Assembly: GCA_018335335.1 (NCBI GenBank) | Contig: JAGXKG010000001.1 | Location: forward strand, 253,600 to 317,599 | DNA: 64,000 bases | Source of the DNA: Candidatus Thorarchaeota archaeon | Lineage (GTDB): Archaea; Asgardarchaeota; Thorarchaeia; Thorarchaeales; Thorarchaeaceae | Direction of reading: 5' to 3' | In this document: positions 9,982 to 20,700 of the stretch, one piece after another | How positions within the stretch are numbered: the first letter of the stretch is position 1 | How the letters are laid out: every line of letters starts with the position of its first letter | Translations under genes and position numbers: made by a program | The notes under the pieces: model-generated | What the model saw: the letters and a program-made list of their open reading frames with translations, nothing else | Told to the model about the DNA's origin: nothing | Database searches by the model: none

Positions 9982-10112
9982 TTATTTGCCTCCGATCCAG
10001 TCCAAGGCTAGTTCAAGTTCAGGAGAAATTAAGTTACGCTATCAGTCTTGTGGTGAACGAGCGGAGTTGTTACACGTGTTCTATTATTGTACTACTTGTA
10101 ATACATGACTAA

Positions 10113-10136
10113 CTCCCCTCTATTTCCACTGGAAAT
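10113..10136 (-). promoter_or_regulatory. Origin recognition box (ORB)-like element, reverse orientation, followed by AT-rich stretch
   Basis: Reverse strand reads TTCCAGTGGAAATAGAGGGGAG, matching archaeal ORB core TCCAGTGGAAAC plus G-tract; >75% AT with duplicated AAAAAATGGAGA at 10137-10260. Confidence 0.5.
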
Positions 10137-10747
10137 AAAAAATGGAGAAGCTCAAAAGACATTTGTATATACATTAAAAAAATGGAGATAAAATAAATAT
10201 GAACTAGCCTATATATATATCTTTCCATAGACCTTCTTATTTCTTCATATTTATTCTACACGAAATCAGGGGGTCATATGATCAATTGGAACACGTGTAA
10301 CAAATTATGCAATTCTTTCACCTTTGAACTTCTTGGACTACCTCAAAAATACGAAATTGTACTACGTCTTGGAATTCAGTGAAAAGATCTAAGCATTCTT
10401 GATAACATACTTCTGGAATCAATATGGCAGAATCATTCACTCTGTTTGCATCTTCACATGTATCTAGAAGACCGGGTTTTCTACGTTCTTTATATCCTTC
10501 TGTTGTCTTCCATTTGTATTTGTAACCATACAGCTGCTTTGTGAATGAAACCCGTTTGGAATTTGCCTCCTTTGAGCTATTACAGTCATACAAAAACAAA
10601 AACGATTTCACATATGACACCACAGATAGTGGAACACATGTTCTAAATTTCAAGCTCTGTATTATACTTTTGAGAGGAAAATGTTAAATCGATGTGTCTC
10701 GCGACTTTCAGTATCGACCAACAGATTCATTGAAAGCTGGTGAATAC

Positions 10748-12061
10748 ATGGTTACTTTCGCTATTCGCAAGGAAGAGAAAGCTTTCGAAGCTAGAACGCC
10801 TTTGGTACCTGAACATCTAGGCAAGCTAATTATCGATGAAGGCATTGACTTCATCGTTGAACCTAGTAATCAACGAGCTTTCAATGACAAAGAATACGAA
10901 GATGTTGGAGCCACTCTTTCCAGTGTCAAAGGTAGCAACGCATCGGTTGTTCTTGGACTTAAAGAGATGCCCAATTCCGTTTTTGAACCTAGGAAAGTCT
11001 ATGTTTTCTTTAGTCATACAATCAAAGGCCAGGAGCATAATATGCCTATGCTCAGACAAATAATGAATACTGGTGCAACACTTCTTGACTATGAGCTAAT
11101 TGTTAATGATGAAGGATCGCGGCTGGTATATTTTGGTAACTGGGCTGGTATGGCCGGAATCTCCGATACACTAAGGCTTCTAGGCCGAAGACTTGAATAC
11201 GAGCAAATCGATCCTAATCCATTCCTAGGGTTGAAGCCGACTCTCGATTGTAATGGACTCAAGGGGCTACGAAACGAGTTCAAAAAACTGGGCCGAAGAA
11301 TAAACGAACTAGGTCTTCCTCAATCCACTCTTCCTTTTGTAGTAGGCTTTGCTGGATATGGAAATGTTTCTTCAGGAGCACAGAAGCTCTTTGACATTCT
11401 TCCACACAAGACTGTGAACCCTGAAGATTTGGGCAATTTGGAGCCGCTTGAAGATACCCTGTACAAGTGTGTTTTCAAGGAAGAACATATGTTCAGACCT
11501 CTCGATAAAAGCGCCGATTTTGACTTACAGGATTATTACAAGAAAGGTTCCAAAGCCTATCAAGCTAGATTCCACCGTTATGTCCCGCATATTACTGTGC
11601 TAATGAATTGTATCTATTGGAGTCCTAAGTATCCTCGACTTCTAACCAAGGACTTCATCACGGATCATTGGGACGAAAGCCATCGCACACTCAGGATTGT
11701 TGGAGATATATCCTGTGACATAAATGGAGCAATAGAATTCACTGAAACCTCTACAAAACCAAACAAACCTGCTTTCACATATATTGTCAAAGAGGATAGA
11801 ATTCTTCATGGTGTGAAAGGGGAAGGCCCTGTCGTGGTGGCTGTGGACAATCTTCCTGCTGAACTACCCAAGGAATCTTCGTATTCCTTTAGCCAAACTC
11901 TGCTTCCCTTCATTCCCCCTCTTGCTTCAGCTGATTATTCCTCGTCCTATGCAGAGCTTCAACTTCCCCGTGAGCTCAAGGACGCTATTATTGTCTACAA
12001 AGGCGATTTAACAAACGAATTTGAATATTTGAAAGAGCATCTAACGGAGGAAAAGACATGA
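10748..12061 (+). CDS. Lysine-ketoglutarate reductase (saccharopine dehydrogenase, L-lysine-forming), AASS N-terminal-domain homolog
   Basis: Strong collinear similarity to the LKR half of eukaryotic alpha-aminoadipic semialdehyde synthase (RTPLVPEHL, VYVFFSHTIKGQEHNMPML, VYFGNWAGMAGI); start moved to internal ATG (MVTFAIRKEE) by homology. Confidence 0.85.
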   Translation: MVTFAIRKEEKAFEARTPLVPEHLGKLIIDEGIDFIVEPSNQRAFNDKEYEDVGATLSSVKGSNASVVLGLKEMPNSVFEPRKVYVFFSHTIKGQEHNMPMLRQIMNTGATLLDYELIVNDEGSRLVYFGNWAGMAGISDTLRLLGRRLEYEQIDPNPFLGLKPTLDCNGLKGLRNEFKKLGRRINELGLPQSTLPFVVGFAGYGNVSSGAQKLFDILPHKTVNPEDLGNLEPLEDTLYKCVFKEEHMFRPLDKSADFDLQDYYKKGSKAYQARFHRYVPHITVLMNCIYWSPKYPRLLTKDFITDHWDESHRTLRIVGDISCDINGAIEFTETSTKPNKPAFTYIVKEDRILHGVKGEGPVVVAVDNLPAELPKESSYSFSQTLLPFIPPLASADYSSSYAELQLPRELKDAIIVYKGDLTNEFEYLKEHLTEEKT

Positions 12062-13374
12062 AAGAAATCTTATGTTTGGGAGCAGGCCTTGTTGCGAAAC
12101 CATATGTTGACTATTTGTGCGGCCATGGTTACAATGTAGTTGTAGCTAGCAGAACAAAAGCAAAAGCCGAGAAACTAGTTAGTACATATGACAATGCCGA
12201 GGCGAGTCAATTCAATATCAAAACAGATCATGAACTATTAGAAACCATGGTTTCAAGTGCTGATCTCGTTTGTTCGCTTTTGCCCTATACCTTCCACGTA
12301 CAAGCCGCGAAAGTTGCAATTGAGTATGAGACTCCATTCTGTACTACTTCTTACATTTCTGATGAGATGTGGGCTTTGGATGAGGATGCTAAAGAAGCTA
12401 GCATTATTCTGTTGAATGAATGTGGTGTGGATCCTGGTATAGATCACATGAGTGCCAAAAGAATCATTGACGAAATTCACACCCGGGGTGGCGAGATTGA
12501 GAGTTTCACTTCATATACCGGTGGGCTTCCTGCACCTGATGATAATGACAATCCATTTGGTTACAAGCTTTCTTGGAGCCCAAGAGGCGTACTCTTGGCA
12601 GGAACTAATGATGCTCATTTTCTCCGCGACGGTGAACAAGTTGAGATTCCTGCCTCCGAGCTTTTCGGGAACTGTGAAGAAATGGAGATTCCAGGTTTAG
12701 GTACCTTTGAAGGTTATCCGAATCGAGATAGTATCTCGTACATTGACATATATTCCATACCTGAGACAAAGACAATGATTCGCGGGACTCTTCGCTATCC
12801 CGGTTGGTGTAGAACTCTCAAGGCAATTACTGATTTGGGCCTTCTCAGTCTCGAAGAACAAGATTTCGATGGGATGACCTATTATGGCTTAGTCAGTGAT
12901 TTGACCGGTTCACCTCAGAATAATTTGAGAACCGCTGTTAGCGAACTTGTCAACTTAGAACCGAATGATTCTGTACTGGACAGACTGGAATGGCTTGGTC
13001 TGTTTGATGAAAAGACCATCCCCAAAGATACCAAGACCCCCCTAGATGCGTTATGTAACCTATTCGAGCAAAAGCTACAGTACGGTCCAAATGAGCGTGA
13101 CATGATAGTTATGCGCCATCAGTTTATTGTCAACTATGACAACAAGAAGGAAGAAATCACCTCTACATTAATTGACTATGGCCATCCTGGCGGTGATTCT
13201 TCTATGTCGAGAACTGTTGCATTGCCGGTTGCTATCGCCAGTCATATGATTTTGGAAAACGAAATCAATTTGGAAGGGGTATTCCGTCCCACTCTACCTG
13301 ACATATACGAACCAATCCTGAATGAACTGGAAAAGCATGACATCGAATTTGAAGAACACAGGAAACCAATATAG
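12058..13374 (+). CDS. Saccharopine dehydrogenase (L-glutamate-forming), AASS C-terminal-domain homolog
   Basis: 438 aa; Rossmann N-terminus ILCLGAGLVAKP; collinear with the SDH half of eukaryotic AASS/LYS9 (GVDPGIDHM, GGLPAPDDNDNPFGYKLSWSPRGVL, EGYPNRDS, GTLRYPGW, YGPNERDMIVMRH); ATGA overlap with upstream gene. Confidence 0.85.
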   Translation: MKEILCLGAGLVAKPYVDYLCGHGYNVVVASRTKAKAEKLVSTYDNAEASQFNIKTDHELLETMVSSADLVCSLLPYTFHVQAAKVAIEYETPFCTTSYISDEMWALDEDAKEASIILLNECGVDPGIDHMSAKRIIDEIHTRGGEIESFTSYTGGLPAPDDNDNPFGYKLSWSPRGVLLAGTNDAHFLRDGEQVEIPASELFGNCEEMEIPGLGTFEGYPNRDSISYIDIYSIPETKTMIRGTLRYPGWCRTLKAITDLGLLSLEEQDFDGMTYYGLVSDLTGSPQNNLRTAVSELVNLEPNDSVLDRLEWLGLFDEKTIPKDTKTPLDALCNLFEQKLQYGPNERDMIVMRHQFIVNYDNKKEEITSTLIDYGHPGGDSSMSRTVALPVAIASHMILENEINLEGVFRPTLPDIYEPILNELEKHDIEFEEHRKPI

Positions 13375-13402
13375 ATAGCACTCGCTTTACACTATCCTCA
13401 GT

Positions 13403-14023
13403 TCACTCTCTATGTATCTGGAATGTAGAAAGGATTCTCTCAGCTCGCTTGATATCGCTCTGAACTTGACTCAGTTCAGTCTTTAGTCTATATGTGTATC
13501 CAGTCCTGTTTCCATACCTTTCTAAATCTCCTTGTCCTTCATCCCAGATTCTTGCAAGGTATGTTGAGGCAGTGCTTTTTGGCATTTTTTCGCCAAAAGT
13601 AGTTTCATAGATTTCTGCGACATCCAATGATGAGAACTTTCCATGTTTAAAAGATGCATAGATAACCATCTGCATCTTTTCGAAGTTACTCATGGAATCG
13701 AAATGAATTTCATCTAGTATCGATTCTTGTACTGCTTCTTCTTCGCGAAATTCACAACCTGTGCTAGTCTCAAGAAACACTTGGAATTTCTCGAACATTT
13801 CATCCACAGAACCTCTGATCTGGAAGCTCGATTCTTCCCCTGTGGCTTCATCATGTACTAGAATCTTGAAATCAAAAGGATTCTCGGTAAGTTTCAAGAT
13901 TTTCTTGAATCTATTAAGAGCTTCATCCGGCTGAACATATTTGCATTCGAAAATTTCCCTTGAACCTGGACCAGAGCTGTATGTGAACTCATATACATAG
14001 GGTGTTCGATCACTCTTGTCCAA
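13403..14023 (-). CDS. Hypothetical protein with probable C-terminal winged-helix
   Basis: 206 aa; C-terminal STASTYLARIWDEG...RTGYTYRLK resembles a wHTH recognition helix plus wing; borders the ORB/iteron region. Confidence 0.45.
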   Translation of the reverse strand: MDKSDRTPYVYEFTYSSGPGSREIFECKYVQPDEALNRFKKILKLTENPFDFKILVHDEATGEESSFQIRGSVDEMFEKFQVFLETSTGCEFREEEAVQESILDEIHFDSMSNFEKMQMVIYASFKHGKFSSLDVAEIYETTFGEKMPKSTASTYLARIWDEGQGDLERYGNRTGYTYRLKTELSQVQSDIKRAERILSTFQIHRE

Positions 14024-14059
14024 GTTAATCCCACAATTTCATTTTTGTTGGTGTAGCTC

Positions 14060-14510
14060 CAGTTAAGAAGCCATTCACATCTTTACAATTAGCTCTGCAA
14101 ATAAGTGTAAGTATGTGAATCGTATATACCTCGATAGTAGCTTTATAATGCAACATATTACCAAAAAACCTTCTGTCTCAATTGAAAACAACAAAAACAG
14201 CCTAATAAACCCTTTTAGAACAAAAATACCCCTCATAAATTCCCAAAGTCAATTTAAAGAATTTTCTCCAATCTCTTCCTTGTTCACTTTGCTATCAGAT
14301 TTGTGAATGGTTGAAAAGATGCTTCATAAGTCTCGTATTCAATCTCCAGTGGAAACGAAGGGGTGGCCTTATTCACATGGGTAAACAGAGTTATGAACTC
14401 TTCATTTTGATATTAGAAGTATTTCCGCTTCGTTCACAAAAACGTATTCACATTCTTGGCGCCATTCACACTAGAGCAATGTGAATATGTGTAGATACTG
14501 TGAAATGTAA
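14060..14510. repeat. Iteron-like array of TTCACA(T)/(A)TGTGAA boxes in a 519-bp intergenic region
   Basis: About 9 copies of the hexamer in both orientations in ~450 bp (about 0.25 expected by chance), including GCCATTCACA twice and ATTCACA...TGTGAAT inverted pairs. Confidence 0.45.
14345..14364 (+). promoter_or_regulatory. ORB-like element (TCCAGTGGAAACGAAGGGGT)
   Basis: Near-exact match to archaeal ORB consensus (TCCAGTGGAAAC core plus GGGG tract). Confidence 0.5.
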
Positions 14511-14542
14511 ATATATTCTCGCCCTAATGCCGCTGTTGTGTG

Positions 14543-16360
14543 TTATAGTACTGTTACAGATTTGGCTAAGTTACGAGGTTTATCTGGATCATACCCCTTT
14601 CTTGTAGCCATGTAGTAGCTAAATAGCTGCAAAGGTATCACAAAAGGCATCACTGAAAACTCAGGCTCAATGCCTTGTGGAACTTGGAAAACGTGATCGG
14701 AAAGGTCCTTCAATTCTTCATCTCCTTTTTCAATCACTGAGATGATAGAAGCTCCTCTTGCTTTCATTTCCATGATATTCCCAACAAGCCTTTCCCTTGT
14801 TTGGTCTTTGGGGGCAACAAAAATGACCGGATATCCTTCTTCAACCAATGCTATTGGACCATGTTTCGATTCGCCTGCACTATAGGCTTCTGCGTGATTA
14901 TATGCAATTTCCTTCAGCTTAAGTGCGCCTTCTCTAGCTGTTGCTATAGATATACCACGCCCTAAGAATAGGAGACTTGGAGCATCATAATAGACTCCCG
15001 CTATGCTCCTTGCTTTTTCTTCTTCCGTAGCTATTACTGTAGATATTACATCGGGAATTTTTTCAAGAGATCTTTCCTTTCTCTCAATCAGTTTCTCACT
15101 TGAACCAGAGAAACGACCTAGCTCAATAGCAATCTGGGCCAACGCGGTTAATTGGACCATGAATGTCTTTGTAGCGGCCACTCCAATTTCCGGCCCTGCT
15201 TGCGTAATTATTGTATGATCCGCGACCCTCGTGATTGAGCTACCTACTACATTGGTCACTGCTATCACAGTTGAACCAAACTTCTTTGCATACTTGGCTG
15301 CGCTAACCGTATCAGTAGTTTCACCTGACTGAGTAATTGCCAATACTAGATCATCTTCAGACAAGGTATCATATATCGTGTCTTCAAAATCGCTTGCTAG
15401 CTCAAAAACCGGGACGATTTCTGACATCGATGCAAACATATGCTTACAGGCCATTCCTGCATGACCTGAAGTTCCCATCGCTATTACATAGATTCGCTCA
15501 GAATTGACAATCATTTCTCCCGCCTTCTCAATGGTTTCCTTGCGAATTCTGAGAGTGTTACGTACAGCGTCCGGCTGCTCATGAATTTCCTTCAGCATAA
15601 AATGTGGAAAACCCGCTTTCTCCGCTTGGTCCGCAGTCCAGCTGATTTTCACGGCATCCCTTTCAACTTCAGAACCATCAGAGAGTTTTTCGAGTTTTAT
15701 CTCCTCTGGAGTGATTATGGCAATTTCTCCATCCAATAAAAGAATCATATCTCTTGTCATAGGAAGAAAAGCTGGAATATCGGACGAGACATATGATGCG
15801 TCTTTTCCCTTCCCAATCACGAGTGGGTTTCCATCTCGTGTACAAACTATACGATCTGGTTCGTCTACTCTCATAGCTACTATCGCATATGTACCATTTA
15901 TTCTGGTCGTGACTTGAGCAACGGCTTCTTTCAAATCATAGCCCTGTTCAAGTAAATCTTCAATCATGTGAGGGATAACTTCTGTGTCTGTTTCCGATTT
16001 GAATTTATGGTTTTTCTTCAATTCTTTCCTTAATTTCATGAAGTTATCTATTACACCATTATGTACAACAGCAACTCTGTTATCACAATCAAAATGTGGG
16101 TGTGCGTTTAAAAGAGATGGAACCCCATGAGTCGCCCATCTGGTATGCCCTATTCCCATTCTTCCTGGTAAATCATCCAGATTCAGTCGTTTATGAACCT
16201 CGTCAATTTTTCCCTTGTCCTTCTTAGTGTGAAGCTTTCCTTCGTAGATGGTTGTTAAGCCTACTGAATCATACCCTCTATACTCCAGACGTTTCAATGC
16301 CTGATGAAGAAAAGGTGCAACTTCTCCACGTTTTTGGACGACACCTACTATACCACACAC
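14543..16360 (-). CDS. glmS: Glutamine--fructose-6-phosphate aminotransferase
   Basis: 605 aa; N-terminal MCGIVG class-II amidotransferase nucleophile; two SIS domains. Confidence 0.9.
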   Translation of the reverse strand: MCGIVGVVQKRGEVAPFLHQALKRLEYRGYDSVGLTTIYEGKLHTKKDKGKIDEVHKRLNLDDLPGRMGIGHTRWATHGVPSLLNAHPHFDCDNRVAVVHNGVIDNFMKLRKELKKNHKFKSETDTEVIPHMIEDLLEQGYDLKEAVAQVTTRINGTYAIVAMRVDEPDRIVCTRDGNPLVIGKGKDASYVSSDIPAFLPMTRDMILLLDGEIAIITPEEIKLEKLSDGSEVERDAVKISWTADQAEKAGFPHFMLKEIHEQPDAVRNTLRIRKETIEKAGEMIVNSERIYVIAMGTSGHAGMACKHMFASMSEIVPVFELASDFEDTIYDTLSEDDLVLAITQSGETTDTVSAAKYAKKFGSTVIAVTNVVGSSITRVADHTIITQAGPEIGVAATKTFMVQLTALAQIAIELGRFSGSSEKLIERKERSLEKIPDVISTVIATEEEKARSIAGVYYDAPSLLFLGRGISIATAREGALKLKEIAYNHAEAYSAGESKHGPIALVEEGYPVIFVAPKDQTRERLVGNIMEMKARGASIISVIEKGDEELKDLSDHVFQVPQGIEPEFSVMPFVIPLQLFSYYMATRKGYDPDKPRNLAKSVTVL

Positions 16361-16446
16361 GCTGAAATTCTCCTGATATCTTGTTGTTCAACTTCAAATA
16401 CTGAAGCCAGTGCGTATAAGAAGCTTCAATCCGGAAAAGATGTCTA

Positions 16447-16794
16447 TTAACCAGTAAGTTCTATTTCAATGTATACCGAATCCGGTATCTTTACACGCAT
16501 GATTTGTCTAATGGCTCTTTCGTCCGCATCAATATCAATCAAGCGTTTGTGGATTCTCATCTCCCATTTGTCCCAAGATTGAGAACCTTGTCCACACGGA
16601 GTCTTTCGCGTTGGAACAACCATTCTTCTAGTAGGTAAGGGAATGGGACCAGCCATGCGGACACCTGTCTTGCGGGTGATGCGCTTAATCTGACTGCATA
16701 CATCATCTAGATGTTCAGTACTCGTACTTGACAACCTTATTCTTGCTCTTTGTGACATTTGGAATCGCACCCGCTTGGTAGGTGTCTTTTCCAA
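16447..16794 (-). CDS. rps10: 30S ribosomal protein S10 (uS10)
   Basis: 115 aa; ARIRLSSTS...[24 protein letters not shown] typical uS10; not in the usual tuf operon context. Confidence 0.9.
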   Translation of the reverse strand: MEKTPTKRVRFQMSQRARIRLSSTSTEHLDDVCSQIKRITRKTGVRMAGPIPLPTRRMVVPTRKTPCGQGSQSWDKWEMRIHKRLIDIDADERAIRQIMRVKIPDSVYIEIELTG

Positions 16795-16909
16795 CCTTTT
16801 TCAATCTGGATAAAAAGCTTGTCTTATGCATGGTCATTTCAAATAAAAGAAAAGAGTAAAAGCTATTATTTGGTTCTCCTGTCTAAGAAAATACCGGTAG
16901 GCTAGTCTC

Positions 16910-17701
16910 TTGAATGACCTAATAATTGTGAAGCTCGGCGGTTCAGTGATTACCAACAAAGGCGAATCACCCCCATCTGTCAACAACGATCGGATACATC
17001 GAATAGCACGCGAACTCGCCAATCACAATGGCCCTATGATAGCTGTGTTAGGTGGTGGGGCCCATGGTCATCAACCAGCCAGTCGCTATGGATTTGGCAA
17101 CCCTAAAACTCCAAGGCAAAAACGTTTGGCCGGTCTTCCCAAAATCCGGAACAATATGTCAATTCTTTCTTCGGAAGTAGTTGGCTCTTTGCAAGATTCG
17201 GGTCTGCCAGCTGTTGCCTTTCCACCTTTTACCTTTGCTCGTCTTAGGAATAACCACATCCAGCATTTCCCCTGTTCGTTCATAGAAAAGGCATTGAATT
17301 CCGATTTCCTCGTCGTCACTCATGGGGATGTATGTTTTGATGAAAAATTAGGAGCTTCCATATTGAGTGGAGATACGATTGTAGTATATTTGGCCAACAG
17401 ACTCAATCCAACGGGAGTTTACATCGGAACAGATGTTGATGGCGTCCATTATGAAAATCCTGATACTAATCCCAAGGCAAAAGTAATACCTGTAATACAA
17501 TCCAATGACATTGAAAAGGCCTTATCCAGCACTGGCCCATCTTCATCTGTGGATGTTACTGGTGGGATGGACAACAAAGTTAGGGAATTACTCACCATAA
17601 ATCAAAGAACAAAAATTGCCATATTCAATCTGAATATTGCTGGACGACTGTCTACTCTTCTAAAAGGTAAGACACCAATCTGTACACTCATTCAACCATG
17701 A
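16910..17701 (+). CDS. Isopentenyl phosphate kinase (amino-acid kinase family)
   Basis: 263 aa; KLGGS, VLGGGAHGH, THGD, LSGDTIVVYLAN, GTDVDGV, VDVTGGM motifs matching archaeal IPK. Confidence 0.85.
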   Translation: MNDLIIVKLGGSVITNKGESPPSVNNDRIHRIARELANHNGPMIAVLGGGAHGHQPASRYGFGNPKTPRQKRLAGLPKIRNNMSILSSEVVGSLQDSGLPAVAFPPFTFARLRNNHIQHFPCSFIEKALNSDFLVVTHGDVCFDEKLGASILSGDTIVVYLANRLNPTGVYIGTDVDGVHYENPDTNPKAKVIPVIQSNDIEKALSSTGPSSSVDVTGGMDNKVRELLTINQRTKIAIFNLNIAGRLSTLLKGKTPICTLIQP

Positions 17702-20700
17702 ACAAACTGCCTAAATTGGAAGAGATCCCTTCTTTCCAATACCTAATTGCTACATTATCTGGTATAGCATCATCATCTTCTATGATACTAGAATCTCCCA
17801 AGATACATACAACCTCATGTGTTTGACATTCATCACAAGCTGTTTCCGAAATTGAATTGGATATGCGTTTCATTCTGTTTTTTCCAGGTAATACCGCATA
17901 AGATTTGTCTCCTACACAAAAATCGAAAGGATAATGGTCCGACACAATCTCCCTTCCCCTTCTTTTCAATTCCTGCACAATAGCTTCCAAAGCTATTAAC
18001 TTGATACTTTGAAACTTCTTCGCTCCAAGCACCCAAAGACCTGGCTCCAAATTGTGTAAATTCGACTCCTTGCTCAATCTAAACAGATGACACTCCCCTG
18101 TCTCGATCATCTGGGAAAGGATTCGCATTCCTTCGCCTTTTTCCAATGGAATCGATCTTGCCCTTTTCGACTGAATGGCTGTTGTACTAATGAAACTGAG
18201 AAAATCCCCCCACTCAATTGCACCTCCAGAAACAGAAAGAAATTCCCTCAATAACCCAAACCAAATTCTTCTACCAACGCTTGTTCCCGATTTCTTGGTT
18301 GCCCCGTTGAACTGCTCCAAAGCCGACTCAATTTCGTGGCTCTTTTCCTTAGGCTCTTTCTCACCTATTTGAGAACCAGTGCACGTACTAAGCATTCTAT
18401 CAATTGAGCTCTGAAACGCAGGCACAATGGTTACCAAGTCGAATCCATCGATTTTTTCAATTCTTTCGCGAACTTTCGCTGCTGCAATGCTTCCTCTAAC
18501 TATAACATACAGCTCTTCAATTGTATTCCCCATTTTTTTCATACTTTCTTTGATTACATTGATTATTGTTTCAATAGATGGTATTCTAATCCGTTCAGGT
18601 ACTATCAAAATAGCGTTACTTCCCACAATAAAATTGGGTGTGGTTTCCGAACCATCATCTTCGAATCTTCGTATCTCATCCGACTTCTCAAGTATGTACT
18701 GCGATATTGCTGCTTCTATCGATTCGTTGGCGTTCCCCGGCACAGAGAATACAAAGCCTCCCTTAACGACAGGAATTGCTTCCCTCTGGATTATTGAGAG
18801 TGATATGAGCTCCTCGATTAGCTGCTCCCGTGTCATATCAATGTGGTCATAGTTGAGGTTCACCAACAACTCCTCCAATTGTTCTTTTGTTACAAAATCA
18901 CGAGATGCAAGATATCCGGTTACTAATCCAGATATTTCTCCTATGACATGTTCTCTTCCTTTTGATGTTCTTCCCCTTTCCACACAAACTCTCTCTTCCC
19001 CATCATGAGATACCATCATGGGAGTGTCATTGCATTCAACCCCCTCAATTATCTCTTCATCAACTCGATTGCGAATATGTGACGTAGATTCTTCCAGCCC
19101 ATATTCCGGCATCAACGTTTTGATTTCGAAGACACTCACATCTGGTAATTTGATCAAAGCATTGCCTACGGTGAGTGACTGCAAATACTCCTCCTGTCTA
19201 TCATCTAGAGAAAGATATCTTCTAGCAACCCCACTATCATACGGTAATCTAAAGGTAATTTTCGTGGAGGTATTGGCCAAAATATTCGATGATATATTGG
19301 GTCTTGTTGAAACCACCACGACACCCTGTCCAGTCGCTCTTTGAAGCATGACCATGGACTCTCCCGTTGTGACATCTGCGGCTGAACTTCTCGTGTAACT
19401 CTCGGGTACCAAATTGTAGGCCTCTTCAAGAACTACAATATGTCGAAGCCCTTCGGTTATACCTCTCTGCATGGCAGAATCAAAGACTCTTTTCACAATA
19501 ACGTTGTACAAGAGCCTCGCTGCATCCATGCCCCCAATCCGTGCTACATAGCTCAAGTCTACAATAACTCTTTCATCAAGTAGTGTTGAAATTTCCAACG
19601 TCTTTTTCCCAGGCCCAAAAACTGTAGCTAAGGGTTCCCTGAATAAGATTTGAAGCCGATTTAGCAATGCATCTCTAGTCATTTCGGAAATGTGGCCTTT
19701 AGTACCCGCAGCAAAAATCATTCGTTCAAGGGATGCCACTGTTTTCTCTTCCTCTTCTAGAACTACTTTTTCCACAGATTCTCGTAGAAGTCTTTCCATG
19801 GCGGGTGAAAGCTCTGCTGAAACACCCCTCTCGTTCAATAACTCTCTGATTATGGCGAAAGTGATATGTGCGTGTCTTTCGGGACTATCTCCTTCTGGCG
19901 CAAAAAGGTTGAGAACGAAATTATTTTCGGCACCAGGAATCAAAACATCAACGGACCCAAACCCTACCTCTCGAAGATCCGAATATTCAGAACCCTTTAC
20001 ATCGAATACTAACCATGGAATTTCCGTTTTGGCACTTAGCTCTGCAATGAGTCTCTTCACCAATGTGGTTTTCCCTGTACCTGTTGCCCCCATCACTGCT
20101 ATATGCTCTCTGAGCCAATCTTTCTTCAATCCAACCTCACTAAGACACCGAGAATTGAATACTGCCCGTCCGATTACTAACTCGTTGTTGATAGTCTCCT
20201 TTTCCGGAATAGAAAAGAATGGTACAGCCTTTCCTGTCACTACTGGCAGTTGCTGGGACGGTGTGTTGAAGTAACCAACAAGTCTCTCCAAATGTATTTT
20301 GGAGCTTTTCACAGGCCGCCTGTTCAATACTCGATAGCCGTTTCTACCTCCTAATTTTACCGATTCAAGTGAAAGATTCCCTTTTTCACCCCATATCGAT
20401 ATTAGAAGCCCCCTAACGCCTTCTTCAGCAAGCCTTAACTCAATTTGCGAGTTAGCTTGTATTGTTACGTAGATACTTGCTTCAAACCATGCATCAACAT
20501 CTCCAATTTCCTTGTACTCCTCCAGCAACCTCTCTTTCATAGCATGGTCAGAGAGTGACTCCCTCTTTTCACGCTCCTTTCTGCGAATCTTCTTCCAGTG
20601 TTTTTCCAATGCCCTTTTCTCTCTTCCAGGATTTGCGGGCTTAAATGCACAAGTCAGACTAGCATTGTAACCTTGTCTTAGAAGCCCTACTAGAAAAGTT

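Noticed and set aside
10318-10653. 111-aa minus-strand ORF
   Set aside because: No motif, sits in ORB/TTCACA-box regulatory region; kept only as a finding, not a feature
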